Source: Octopus vulgaris (Eukaryota). Taken from it: a stretch of DNA of 64,000 nt. The notes under the pieces are model-generated. The model had not been told where the DNA came from. It saw nothing but the letters and a program-made list of their open reading frames with translations, and ran no database searches. This document shows positions 1 through 11,691 of the stretch, in pieces. The translations under genes and the position numbers were made by a program. Where the stretch lies: assembly GCA_951406725.2 (NCBI GenBank), contig OX597814.1:96534001-96598000 (forward strand), in the 5' to 3' direction. How positions within the stretch are numbered: the first letter of the stretch is position 1; each line of letters opens with the position of its first letter.

Positions 1-316
1 ATATATATATAAATATATATATATGTCAATATATACATATATATATATCGATATATGTGTATATATATTTGTCAATACATATATATACATATTTATGCAC
101 ACACACACACATACTTATATATATCTGCATACGTACATGTATAAACACATAAATGCACCTATGGATTGGTAGACGTTTTCATTTTCAACGAAAAATTACG
201 CAATTTGTACGTAGATATTATTTATAGATAGTTACTGGTTGCCACAGAGACATTTGCAACTCAAAAAACAACGGCTGCATTGGACTAACAGAAAGTTCCG
301 GCATAAAAAGGTTCGG

Positions 317-352
<36 letters not shown>

Positions 353-1006
353 TACACACAAAGTCCGAATCTCTGAAAAGCAACTCAACACTCCATTGCC
401 CAAATTTATTTGGAATTTAAAGGATAATCAAATTCACAGTTGCAAAATCAATTTGTCTATTATAGAACGCGCATTTTTCTACGTTAGTGACTCCAGAATC
501 AGTGACTTTTGTCTCTTTGAGAAATTTATCATCCGATTACAGCGTTTTGTAATTTTGATCAAAAGAATGTAATTGGTAAATTCTTGCAGACACTCCCAAC
601 GGCATTTATTGAGAATTTTCTAATAAATGGCTAAAGTAGTTTGTTTCTCACATAATGGATTTACATTACTCTAAAAAATGGTCATATTTTGAAAAGAATA
701 CCTAATCAACACTGAAATGTCATTAATGAGCCAACATCTTTGCTTTAGTGTATTTTATACATATAATACAGAAGATATGAAAATAAAACGAGTGTATATG
801 GATTGAATACACAAGCTGTATATGACAGTTGAATAAATGAATATGTAAAGAATTTTCTAATGGTTTTGGCAACCAATCATATTTCAATGACGACTCCTAT
901 TTCCATGTTTGTACGATGTTTATATTATGTCACGCTACTTTCCTTCATTGATAGTCTCACTTATCGGTAATATGTAACGAGTCAAGAAGCTTCAATTACT
1001 GATGAC

Positions 1007-1038
<32 letters not shown>

Positions 1039-1074
1039 GGAGGAGGAGGAGGAGGAGGAGGAGGAGGAGGATGG

Positions 1075-1492
1075 TGATATCAAGATAAACAGCGCATGAC
1101 CTTGCAGATGGGGTCCAGTTAGAAATTTCTTCTTGTCGAGTAGCCCATCCCGCTCAAAAGGTCCCTGAATAAGGATTGTTTAAGGATGTTGAACGAAACA
1201 CCCATGTTTCCAAAGGTCAATTATCCAATTCTCCAAGACTTCCTTTCAACACACGGCTATGATGCTCCCCCACTACTTCTGCTCGTGATAAGAGATGCAC
1301 ATATCGTCAGCCACTAAGGGACATGGTCAACTGGTTAAGGTCAAACAACTGACAAACAAATCTGTAGTATTGAGCAGAATATTTGCTGTAGTCCATCTTT
1401 TATACCAAGACAAAACAATGTACATGATAACACTTCCAATCAGTTAAGATCAGAAGCCATGAGAGCCACTGTCTGGTACTGCATCAGGGCAT
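1075..1492 (-). mobile_element. Non-coding retroposon module (inverted partial copy of 3575-4126)
   Basis: Reverse complement aligns over about 420 bp with 3575-3997; flanked by (GAT/GAG)n and (GAT)n microsatellites. Confidence 0.75.
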
Positions 1493-1494
1493 AT

Positions 1495-1542
<48 letters not shown>

Positions 1543-1544
<2 letters not shown>

Positions 1545-3579
1545 AAGAGCGAGGGTAATATAGCTAGCAACTATAGACCAATCACTTGCTTATCATTGGT
1601 GCGGAAACTGTTGGCAAGTATGCTTTCAGAAAGCATTTACGAGTACTTTGAAATCCAAAAGTTGCTACCAGAAGAACAGAAAGGTTGCAGGAAGAAGGCT
1701 AGAGGAACGTATGATCTATTATACATAGACAAAGCAGTTCTAAATGAAGTAAAAGCTAGAAAGAAAAATCAAACAACAGCATGGATAGATTATAACAAAG
1801 CCAATGACATGATCACACACTCATGGATAAGTGAATGTTTGAGCATATTCAGTATAGCAGACAACATAAGAGAATTAATCAGCTTTAGCATGAAGAAATG
1901 GAAAATTGATCTCTACTCAGGTGACACATTCTTAGAGAAAGTTAATATCAGAAAAGGAGTTTCCCAGAGGGACTCGTTGTCCCCTTTAATATTTGTCTTA
2001 TGTTTGATCCTCCTCAATTTAGTGTTAAAGAAGCCAAAGGGTATCGATTCAGAAATAATAATGGAAAAATTAACCATTTGCTCTACATGGATGATCTGAA
2101 GCTTTTTAGTAAGAATGAAAAAGAGATAGATTCCTTAATACTAACTGTAAAACTCTTCAGCAAAGATATAGGCATGGAATTTCTCATAGATACGTGTGCA
2201 ATATTGGTCATGAAAATAGGACAGGTAGTCAACAGCGAAGGCATCCAATTATCAGATGGCCAGACATTAAAATCACTGGAAGGAGGGGAGAATTATAAGT
2301 ATCTAGGAGTATTAGAATCTGACAGAATACTAACTATAGAAATGAAAACGAAAATTGAGAGTGAGTACATCAGAAGGGTGAGGAAGCTGATGAAGTCAAA
2401 GCTAAATAGTCCGAATCTAGTGACGGCTGTAAATACTTGGGCAGTATCGTTAATTAGACACTCAACAACTTTTGTTGATTTGACAAAAATTAAATTAGCA
2501 AAGTTAGACAGAACTAGGAAGGAATTCAATATGAATGGATGACTCCACCAAAGGGCAGATGTAGCAAGATTATACCTCCCTAGAAAGGAAAGTGAAAGAG
2601 GGTTAATATCAGTAGAAAACTGTGTAGAGTTAGCAAGAGTAGATATAGACTCCTATGTAGGTAGTAGTGGAGAAAGTTTATTAAAAGCTTCTAGAGTCAC
2701 AGCAAGACATAGCGAAACAAAAACACCAAACGAAGTTTAAAACCAGCAAAAAGGACAGACGTTATCTGACTGGCAGGAGAAGGCGTTGCATGGTAGATTC
2801 TCAAGGATAGTTGCAGTAAATAATAGTAGTGAGACTTATTTATGGCTGCAGAAAGGAAAGCTGCAAATGGAGATAGAACGTTAGTAGCGGCGCAAGATCA
2901 AGCATTAAGGACTAATTTAGATAAAAGTGAAGATAGACAAAAACCAAGTAGATTCCCAATGTAGATTGTGCAAATAAAAGAAAAAAGCGTTACTCATATA
3001 AGTGAATGTAGCATGCTGGCACAGAAAGAATACAAAGACATTACAACCTAGGCAGAGTATGCCACTGGAAGCTTCTAGAACGCTATGATTTGAACATACT
3101 GATAAATGGTATGATCATTAGCCTAGTAAAGTACTAGAAAGTAAGAAACACAAGATGCTGTGGGACTTTAACATTCAGACTGGCAGAGTAATAGAAGTGA
3201 GAAGACCTGATTTAGAAGTAGTAGTAGATAAAAGGAATAGAAAGTGCCAGATAATTGACTGTATAGTCCCAAATGAGGAAAACATCAATATGAGAGGTAT
3301 AGAAAAATAGCAAAGTACCAGGACCTAGCTATTGAATTACAGAGACTATGGAAAGTGTGGGTAAAATGTATCCCAGTAGTTATAGGAGCATTGGGAACTA
3401 TCCCTAAAGATTTGAACGGGTGGATAAAGGAAATACACATAAAACCCAGTTTAGTACAGCTGCAGAAAACAGTGTTATTATGGATAGCTAGGATACTTAG
3501 GAAGGTTCTTGGCATCTAAGGTTACTTGCTGTAACCCAGAAGGAGGGTTCTTGACATCTAAGACTACTTGTAGCCCGGA
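1543..3579 (+). mobile_element. R4/Dong-type (RLE) non-LTR retrotransposon, family A, 5'-truncated and frameshifted
   Basis: NYRPITCL, EQKGC, AWIDY, (G)DSLSP, HLLYMDDLKL, HQRADVARLYL, CRLC zinc knuckle, RRPDL, PVVIGALG; split by frameshifts and stops; ends GSWHL-type motif at about 3519. Confidence 0.9.
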
Positions 3580-4126
3580 TGCAGTACCAGGCAGTGGCTC
3601 TCATGGCTTCTGATCTTAACTGATTGGAAGTGTTATCATAAACATTGTTTTGTCTTGGTATAAAAGATGAGCTACAGCAAATATTCTGCTCAATACCACA
3701 GACTTGCTTGTCAGTTGTATGACCGTAACCAATTGAGCATGTCCCTTAGTGGCTGACGATATGTGCATCTCTTATAACGAGCAGAAGCAGTGGGAGAGCA
3801 TCATAGCCATATGTTGAGAGGGATTCTTTGGGATTTGAATAATTCACCTCTGGAAACATGGGTGTTTCGTTCAACATCCTTAAACGGCCATTATTCAGGG
3901 ACCTTTTGAGCGGGATGGGCTACTCAACCATAAGAAAATTCTAACTGGGCTCCACCTGTAAGGTCATGTGCTGTTTATCTTGATATGATATCACCATGTC
4001 GCGCACAAATGGTTGTGATGCATGTACCTGGTGTACTCTTATCAAACGGGTAGTCATGATGGGTATACTGGTTTTCGTATATTTTATCCCAGTGTCACTT
4101 TGATGACATGCATTGCTCTCTCACTC
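3575..4126 (+). mobile_element. Non-coding retroposon module ending in (AAT)n (3' UTR of another LINE or a SINE-like element)
   Basis: About 550 bp, no convincing ORF, ends CTCTCACTC(AAT)n; inverted second copy at 1075-1492; differs from the 3' UTR of the family A copy at 8840-8908. Confidence 0.65.
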
Positions 4127-4160
4127 AATAATAATAATGATCATAATAATAATAATGATC

Positions 4161-4225
<65 letters not shown>
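4127..4225. repeat. (AAT)n microsatellite, probable target or tail of R4/Dong elements
   Basis: Read directly; produces the poly-N stretch in ORF 4022..6418. Confidence 0.95.
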
Positions 4226-4227
<2 letters not shown>

Positions 4228-6418
4228 GCTAGTTCAGCTGCTCAATGGAATTATGAGAAACCCAAAGAAAACACCTGAATGGTTAGCAAGTGGCGTTACT
4301 TACCTACTCCCAAAGAATAACGAAACCAACCTTCCAAAAAACTATCGGCCTATAACCTGTCTATCCACCACGTATAAAATCTTAACATCTATCCTGGCGG
4401 AGAAAACATATGCATTCATGGAGAAGAACGATATTTTCCCCATTGAACAAAAAGGGTGCCGCCGAGGCTCTTACGGATGCAAAGATCAACTGCTAATCAA
4501 TCGTATGATCCTTGAGAACTGTCACAACAAGCGCAGAAATCTCAGCACCGCATGGATTGACTATAAAAAGGCCTTCGACAGTATACCGCATCCATGGATC
4601 TTGAGATCGCTGGACATCTTCAAAATTTCCCCTGTGATTTCAAACTTCCTGAAGCACAATATGTCGTTGTGGAATACGAATCTCCAATTATACCACTCTA
4701 ATGGAGTACTTGCCTCAGAAAATATAAACATCAACTGTGGAATTTTTCAAGGTGACTCACTTTCACCTTTAATATTCTGCATAGCCCTAATACCCCTTAC
4801 AAGTGAATTAAACAGAACAGGGTATGGGTATAAAATTGCCAATAAAAAAATAAGCCATCTATTTTATATGGATGACTTAAAACTTTATGGTAAAGACAAT
4901 AATGAACTTGAAGGCCTATTGCGCACCGTGAAAGCATTCAGCGATGACATCGGGATGGAGTTTGGACTTGAGAAGTGTGCCAAGGCCACTTTCCAGAAAG
5001 GGAAAGTGAAGACCACAAATTCAGTCGTGTTAGATGTTGACACAGTCATAAGAGAGCTTGAGCAAGAACAAACATACAAATATTTAGGGATAAATGAAGG
5101 CTCTGGTATTCAGCATGCAAGCATGAAAGAGAAAATCAGGAAGGAATGTTATAGGAGAGTTCGTGCAGTCCTGAAATCTGAACTAAATGCACGTAACAAG
5201 GTGTTAGCTATAAATTACCTAGCAGTTCCAGTTGTTACTTATAGCTACAATGTGTTGAACTGGAATATGAGTGAAGTAAAGAATATAGATAGAAAAATAC
5301 GCAAGCTGCTGAGTTGTAATAGGATGCACCACCCAAAGGCAGACGTAGATCGCCTTTACCTTCCCAGAGCCCAAGGAGGTCGAGGCCTGATCCAATTTGA
5401 GCTAGCTTACAAAACAACCACAATTGGACTGGCCAAATATCTCGAAATATCGAATGACTGGATGCTAAAGCTCGTGGAAAATCACGAGAGACGAAAGAAG
5501 CTTCATTCTATCATCAAGGAAAGCAAAAAATTTGCTATTGATCTCGTGCAGGATACCCAAACTGAACAACCCGAGGGAAGTACGGCAACTATTGTTGCAA
5601 AGAAGGTGAAAATGATGGCAATGAAAAAAGCGCACGAGCAATTGGCTGATAGGTGGGAGGAGAAACCTCTGCACGGCAAATATGTGACCCGCAGCAAACA
5701 AGCTGATGTTGAACAGAAGCAAACCCATCAGTGGTTGCGGAGCTCAGGGCTAAAAGCAGAGAGCGAAGGTTTCATCCTGGCTGCTCAAGACCAAAGCCTA
5801 TCAACCCGGAACTACCAGGCCAATGTGATGAAAAATGGAGCAGACCCAAAATGCCGATTCTGCAACGACATGATTGAAACAGTGGACCACCTAATCTCTG
5901 GATGTAAAGTCTTAGCACCAGTGGAGTATAAATTAAGACATGACAGAGTTGGCCAATATCTCCACTGGCTAATAAGTCGGCATTACAATATCAAAACTGC
6001 CGACAAGTGGTATAATCACCACCCTGAGGCTGTAACTGAAGGAGAAAATGTAACCATTCTGTGGGACTTTCCAGTACATACAGACCGAACCATCAAGGCC
6101 AATAAACCAGATATTGTTGTGAAAGACCAAAACAATAAAGTTTGCTTATTGATCGACATGAGCATCCCCTGTGATCATAATATCTCAGCGAAAGAGTTTG
6201 ACAAGCTCAGAAAATATAAAGACCTACTCATTGAAATTGAGAAAATGTGGCATCTCAAGGCGGTTACAATACCAGTGATCGTAGGAGCACTAGGAATGAT
6301 CAAGAAGGGAACCGAAAATTATATGAGAATGATCCCTGGCTTACCATCCCTGCAAGAAGTGCAAAAGATTGTCTTAACTGGTACATCACACGTATTGAGA
6401 AGAGCATTGTCGATGTGA
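4226..6418 (+). CDS. Reverse transcriptase, CCHC zinc knuckle and restriction-like endonuclease (5'-truncated retrotransposon ORF, 730 aa)
   Basis: NYRPITCL, AWIDYKKAFDS, GIFQGDSLSP, FYMDDLK, YKYLG, CRFC..HLISGC, RHD, KPDIVVKD..LIDMSIP..KYKDL. The ORF-track start at 4022 is read-through from upstream repeats. Confidence 0.9.
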
Positions 6419-6590
6419 GAACTGTTGCTGCTCATGTATTTTAATTTAACTTTAAAAAAAAAAAAAAAATTAACGAACTACTGAGTTTGGTTTAATGGCC
6501 TACCAATATACACTATGAGTTTCTTTGCCCTAGGAGTCGGGAAGACACTCGGCAAGAAATGGAAGAAAATTTGAAAGAAGAAAAAAAAAG
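4226..6590 (+). mobile_element. R4/Dong-type non-LTR retrotransposon, family B, young 5'-truncated copy
   Basis: Uninterrupted ORF plus about 170 bp 3' UTR; bounded by (AAT)n on both sides. Confidence 0.93.
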
Positions 6591-6617
6591 TAATAATAAT
6601 AATAATAATTATTATTA

Positions 6618-7050
6618 ATAATGCAAAAATCCTATGAGATTTTATGATTCAGTGCGACCATGAGATTGAGAATAGGAAGCCGAACATAGTCTTAATTGAG
6701 AAAGAAAACAAGCTATGCTGGATCATTGACATACCATGCCCAGCTGACAAAAAAGTATGAGATAAAGAAGAAAGAAAAGTCGAGAGATATGACAGGTTAG
6801 CTTGGGAAGCTAAGCAGTTGTGGTCGATAAAAAAGGTAGTAGTAGTACCAATAATTATTGGAGCCCTGGGATCAGTGAGCAAAAATCTCGAGAAGTACAT
6901 GGAACAAATAGGGGCTGCAATAAGGGTGGGGCACTTACAGAAAACTACTGCTTGGAAGGTGCTCGAAAAATAAGAGGAGTTACCTTAGTTCACTGGTAGT
7001 GAACAGCTGACACTGTAGTACTCCTCCAGCGTTAGAAGCTGTGCAAAGAC
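6618..7050 (+). mobile_element. R4/Dong family C, 3' fragment (RLE domain and 3' UTR)
   Basis: KIL*DFMIQCDHEIENRKPNIV..IIDI..VVPIIIGALG; same family as 25845-27260. Confidence 0.85.
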
Positions 7051-7088
7051 AGCAACAACAACAACCACAGCAATAATAATAATAATAA

Positions 7089-8903
7089 TGTAAATGAAGC
7101 TGGACCTTTAAGGGACGGCCTCTCGCTCGGCAGTGGTTCAGTACAGATGCAGACTGACCACAGCTGTTATCCTAACACAGCATCATCAGTTAATGAGTGA
7201 AGAGAGGAAGTGGTGTCCAGCAAAGAAAGCAGGATAGAGATGCAGTGCTACTTAGAAAGTGAACCTACAAGAAGGGGCTATAGAAAACTGATGTTAACAC
7301 TTTGGGTAGAGAATGGTATGTTTAAAGTGATTGAGCAGAGATTAGTAGATCAAGCTAATGAAAAAAAAGAGCAAATGTGGAAAAGGAGACTACAAAATAA
7401 AGTTAAGACTTTAAGAGAAGATCTGAGTAGAATAGAAGCCAGGAAACTGAACAAGTCAAGAAGCACAAGAGGCAAATCTTCTCTTCAGAAAATATATTTA
7501 ATCAATGAGAAAGGATTTGGGATAGTCATAGAAGAGTTGAAACAGCTTATCATAGCAGTAGCAGGCAGGCTCTCCAGATATCAAAAAGGAATAGACCAGT
7601 ATTAGCAGAATAGATTATTTGAGACAGACCAGAGGAGATTTTTATAACCAAATAAATAGAAGAGAACGAAGTAATGAAACTGAGAAACCTAATGCAGAAG
7701 CTAGATAGTTCTGGAGTAATAACTGGGATGAGCCAGTCATCCATAATGGTGGTGCAGTATGGTTAAAGAAAGTGAGGGAAGAGTTAGTGAGTGAGAAGTA
7801 AACAAGTCTAAGATTAACTAGTGCATTAATGAGTAAAGTGTTAGGAAAAATTCTGAATTAGAAGGGCCCAGGACCAGATTTAGTTCGCGAGAACTGGCTA
7901 AAGAAATTTAGTAGTCTATATGAGTGGCTAGGGTGCAACTGCCTTAATGGAGGAATAATACCAGATTGGATGACTAGAGGAAGGACAATACTCCTTATGA
8001 AATCGTAAGAGTAAGGGTAAGAAGCTGGAAGAACGCTAGAGGAACGTATGATCTATTATACATAGACAAAGCAGTTCTAAATGAAGTAAAAGCTAGAAAG
8101 AAAAATCTAACAACAGCATGGATAAATTATAGGAAAGCCTATGACATGATCCCACACTTATGGATAAGTGAATGTTTGAGTATATTCAGCATAGCAGACA
8201 AGGTAAGAGAATTAATTAGCTGTAGCATGGAGGAATGGAAAGTAGATCTCTACTCAGGTGATACACTCTTACGGAAAGTTAATATTGAGAGGAATTTACC
8301 AGAGGGACTCGTTGTCCCCTTTAATATTTGTCTTATGTTTGATCCTCATCAGTTTAGTATTAAACAAACCAAAGGATATCAGTTCAGAAATAGTAATGGA
8401 AAAATTAACCATTTGTTCTACAAGAATGATCTGAAGCTTTTTAGTAAGAATGAAAAAGAGATAGATTCCTTAATACGAACTGTAAAACTCTTTAGCAAAG
8501 ATATAGGCATGGAATTTCTCATAGATAAGTGTGCAATATTGGTCATGAAAATAGGACAGGTAGTCAACAGCGAAGGCATCCAATTATCAGATGGCTAGAC
8601 GTTCAAATCACTGAGAGGAGGGGAGAGTTATAAGTATCTAGGAGTATTAGAATTTGAAAGAGTACTAACTATAGAAATGAAAACGAAAATGAGAAGGAGT
8701 ACATCAGAAGGGTGAGGAAGCTAATGAAGATTTGAACAGGTTTGATAGAGGAAATAGACATAAAACCTAGTTTAGTACAGCTGCAGAAAACAGTGTTATT
8801 CGGGATAGTTAGGATACTTAGGTGGGTTCTTGGCATCTAAGGTTACTTCTTGTAGCCCGAATTTAGGATTTTTTTGATTTCCAACAATCTAATATGTTGT
8901 GTG

Positions 8904-8908
<5 letters not shown>
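7089..8908 (+). mobile_element. R4/Dong family A, internally deleted copy including the N-terminal region
   Basis: MQCYLESEPTRRGYRKLM..EQRLVDQAN N-terminal motif, KGPGPD, RT segment closely similar to 1700-2390, jump to the 3' end, then (AAT)n. Confidence 0.85.
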
Positions 8909-8976
<68 letters not shown>

Positions 8977-8984
8977 CAACAACA

Positions 8985-9180
8985 ATCTTTTCTACTATAA
9001 GCACAAATCCTGAAATTTGGTGGATAGGTAACGTTAAGTCGATTACATGGATTGCAGTGGTCATGTGATATTTATTTTATCGACCCCAAAGGAATGAAAA
9101 GCAAAGTCGATCTCGGCGGAATTTGAAGTCAGAATGTAAGGACAGATGAAATACTGCTAAGCATGTTGTCCGGTGTAACA
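8985..9180 (-). mobile_element. SINE family A (tRNA-like head), diverged copy
   Basis: Matches the recurring TTTATCGACCCCGAAAGGATGAAAGGCAAAGTCGACCTCGGCGGAATTTGAAC motif. Confidence 0.75.
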
Positions 9181-9261
9181 GCATTTCTTTCGTTTTTGCC
9201 TGTAATCCTTTCCTTGTCGATGACACAATTACCAGTTATGCACCGGGATCAACGTTATCAA

Positions 9262-9362
9262 CTATCAATTGCAAGAATGTGGACTATGAGGAAAGTGACT
9301 GTCATCCCAGTAGTTTTAGGGGCACTCGGAGCACTAACAACCAAGTTCGAAAAGAATGTTTA
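9262..9362 (+). mobile_element. R4/Dong C-terminal fragment
   Basis: IARMWTMRKVTVIPVVLGALG. Confidence 0.6.
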
Positions 9363-9560
9363 TTAAATGAATATTTTTGATAAAATGAAAATTTTTTAAT
9401 ATACCGGTATAATTTTTTTTTAAATTAAGAAGTGATTTTGTTGTTATGGCTATTTGGAACGCTATAAGCTTTACGATTTTTAAAACTTAAAAATCAAGGG
9501 AGGAGCCTTATCGTAAAAAAAAAATGTAAATATTTTCAGAGGAAAAAGTGAACAATTCAA

Positions 9561-9720
9561 GGAAGGATTGGCTGTGTGGTAAGTAGTTTGTTTACCAACC
9601 ACATGGTAAGGGGTTCAATCCCACTGCGTGGCACCTTGGGCAAGTGTTTCTACTATAGCCTCAGGCCGACCAAAGTCTTGTGAGTGGATTTGGTAGGCGG
9701 AAAACTGGAAGAAGCCCGTC

Positions 9721-9722
<2 letters not shown>
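9561..9722 (+). mobile_element. SINE family B (tRNA-derived head, CORE-like motif), 5' part
   Basis: A-box-like TGGCTGTGTGG, B-box GGTTCAATCCC, CACCTTGGGCAAGT; followed by (TA)n. Confidence 0.85.
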
Positions 9723-9778
<56 letters not shown>

Positions 9779-9782
<4 letters not shown>

Positions 9783-9900
9783 AGAGGGGCCTTGTGAGTC
9801 TACCTGATAGATGGAAGGGGCATTGTAGAAAATGAAGGAGAGCATATTTTAGATTTAAAAAAGGACTATGTTCATCTTAATTATTTATGGGACGACCCTA
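9779..9900 (+). mobile_element. mariner 3' end fragment
   Basis: WKRGLVSLPDRWKGIVENEGEHILD* plus TIR-like TTATTTATGGGACGACCC; same family as 58682-59907. Confidence 0.7.
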
Positions 9901-10069
9901 CGTGTGTGTGTGTGTGTGTGTGTATTTATGGGATGACCCAATATTTCAACACTTCTTAACATTCACTTGCCCTAGAGCGCTGGGTGTTTCGGCAAGTGAT
10001 TACAACAGGTAGATTAAAAGTAAACAACAACAACAGCAGCAGCAGCAGCAACAACAACAATAATAATAA

Positions 10070-10208
10070 TCCTTACTACTAAAGGCACAAGGCCTGAAAT
10101 TTGGTGGGGGGGATAAGTCGATTACATCGACTCCAATATTTATCGACCCCGAAAGGCAAAGTCGAACTTGGCAGAATTTGACCTCAGAAGGTGTAGACGG
10201 AGGAAATA
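10070..10208 (-). mobile_element. SINE family A fragment
   Basis: Shared family motifs; embedded in trinucleotide repeats. Confidence 0.7.
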
Positions 10209-10224
10209 CCACTGATCATAATAA

Positions 10225-10233
10225 TAGTTATTA

Positions 10234-10268
<35 letters not shown>

Positions 10269-10292
10269 TTTACTATTCTTCTTCTTCTTCTT

Positions 10293-10378
<86 letters not shown>

Positions 10379-10390
10379 CATTATTATTAT
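10225..10390. repeat. (TTA)n/(CTT)n compound microsatellite
   Basis: Read directly. Confidence 0.95.
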
Positions 10391-11297
10391 CTAATTTACA
10401 CACAAATTTTGCAATATTTTAGTGGAGGGGCGCTGGTCGATTCCATCATCTCCAATACTTGACATCGGTTCATCCAAAGGATGAAAGGCAAAATTAGGCT
10501 CTTAGATAAAAAAAAAACATTTATCAGAACGCTCTAATGATTTTGCTTATCCACCAACAAAGGCGATCTGCTTAAATCTATACAGCAAAAGATATTGGGT
10601 TGTCTTTTTTGAGAAAATAGACGAAGATAACGGCATTTCGCTTTTCGATCGAACACTGGCGGACACTGGCAAACGCCACTGTCTGAATTCGTACAAAGGC
10701 ATGACTTTGGTAAGCGTAAAAACATTCATGTAATCGCTAGATCAGTGGTTCCCATGCAATCTTTATATTTTCCTCATCCCCAAATACAATAAACACATGC
10801 ACGATACTCTCGTCTGTTTACATGATGAGAAACGTGTTTCACAGACAGCACTATCGGCGAACACCAGAAAACACCACTATGAATTCGTACAGAGGCATGA
10901 CTTCGGTAAGCTTAAAAACATTTAGTTAATCGCCAGATCGATGGTTCCCCAACTTTTTGCTGCAGAATCCTTAGATATTTTTTAAAAGTCATAACTTTCA
11001 GGGAACCCTGGGGTTTTACAGAACACACCTTAAGAGATCCCTGCTCCAGATTAACAACACCATTTTTTGGACATTTACTGGTAACTGCACAAGACATCCT
11101 GCAACTTTTTTGGAACACGCCGACTAGGAATCAGCTGCATGCACCGTATTACGGCAGGTAGTGGCATGCCGGAACCGGGTAGATATGTTACCGGTGGTAA
11201 TATAACATAATTATGAGATAATAATTGATTTCATTCAGCTTGTCTGTTAAGTTTGACGGATACAAATAAAATAGGACGTGTAAACATTTATAAAAGA

Positions 11298-11691
11298 CTA
11301 GCAGCATCGCCCGGCGTTGCTCGGGTTTGTAAGGGAAATAACTATATAAGCATTTTTAGAGAGTTATAGCCAAAAATAGCAAAAAAAGTGCATTAAAAAT
11401 GGAAAAAAATTATGGTAATTTTTTTTAAAAATCGTTGACTCATCGTAGACATTTTAGAGAGTTACTTCCCTTATATAATAGCGAAAAATGCATTAAAATG
11501 GAAAAAATGATGGTAAATTATTTTTAAAATCGTAGACTCATCGTAGACGCGCGCTAATACCCAGAAGGGCTCGATATGAATCACGACTATAAGATACCCG
11601 GTTTTGGTTACACTGCACCGCAAAATGTGGGAGTAGTTAGGAATCTAAATCGTAGGAGACAGACACACAACTTCACTTTTATATATAAAGA
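11298..11691 (-). mobile_element. Non-autonomous Helitron, complete, 394 bp
   Basis: Minus strand: A|TCTTTATATATAAAAG... 5' end; subterminal GC hairpin CCCGAGCAACGCCGGG; 3' end CTAG|T; no TSD; internal ~100-bp tandem duplication. Confidence 0.85.

Noticed and set aside
470-700. Possible mariner C-terminal relic
   Set aside because: Only faint motifs (SDFCLF, GHILK); too decayed to support.
3575-3620. CTGATG-like start of the module as a hammerhead
   Set aside because: No CUGANGA box with matching GAAA and stems.
4022-4225. N-terminus of the 798-aa ORF with poly-Asn
   Set aside because: Chance read-through from the upstream non-coding module and (AAT)n; the retrotransposon frame starts at 4226.
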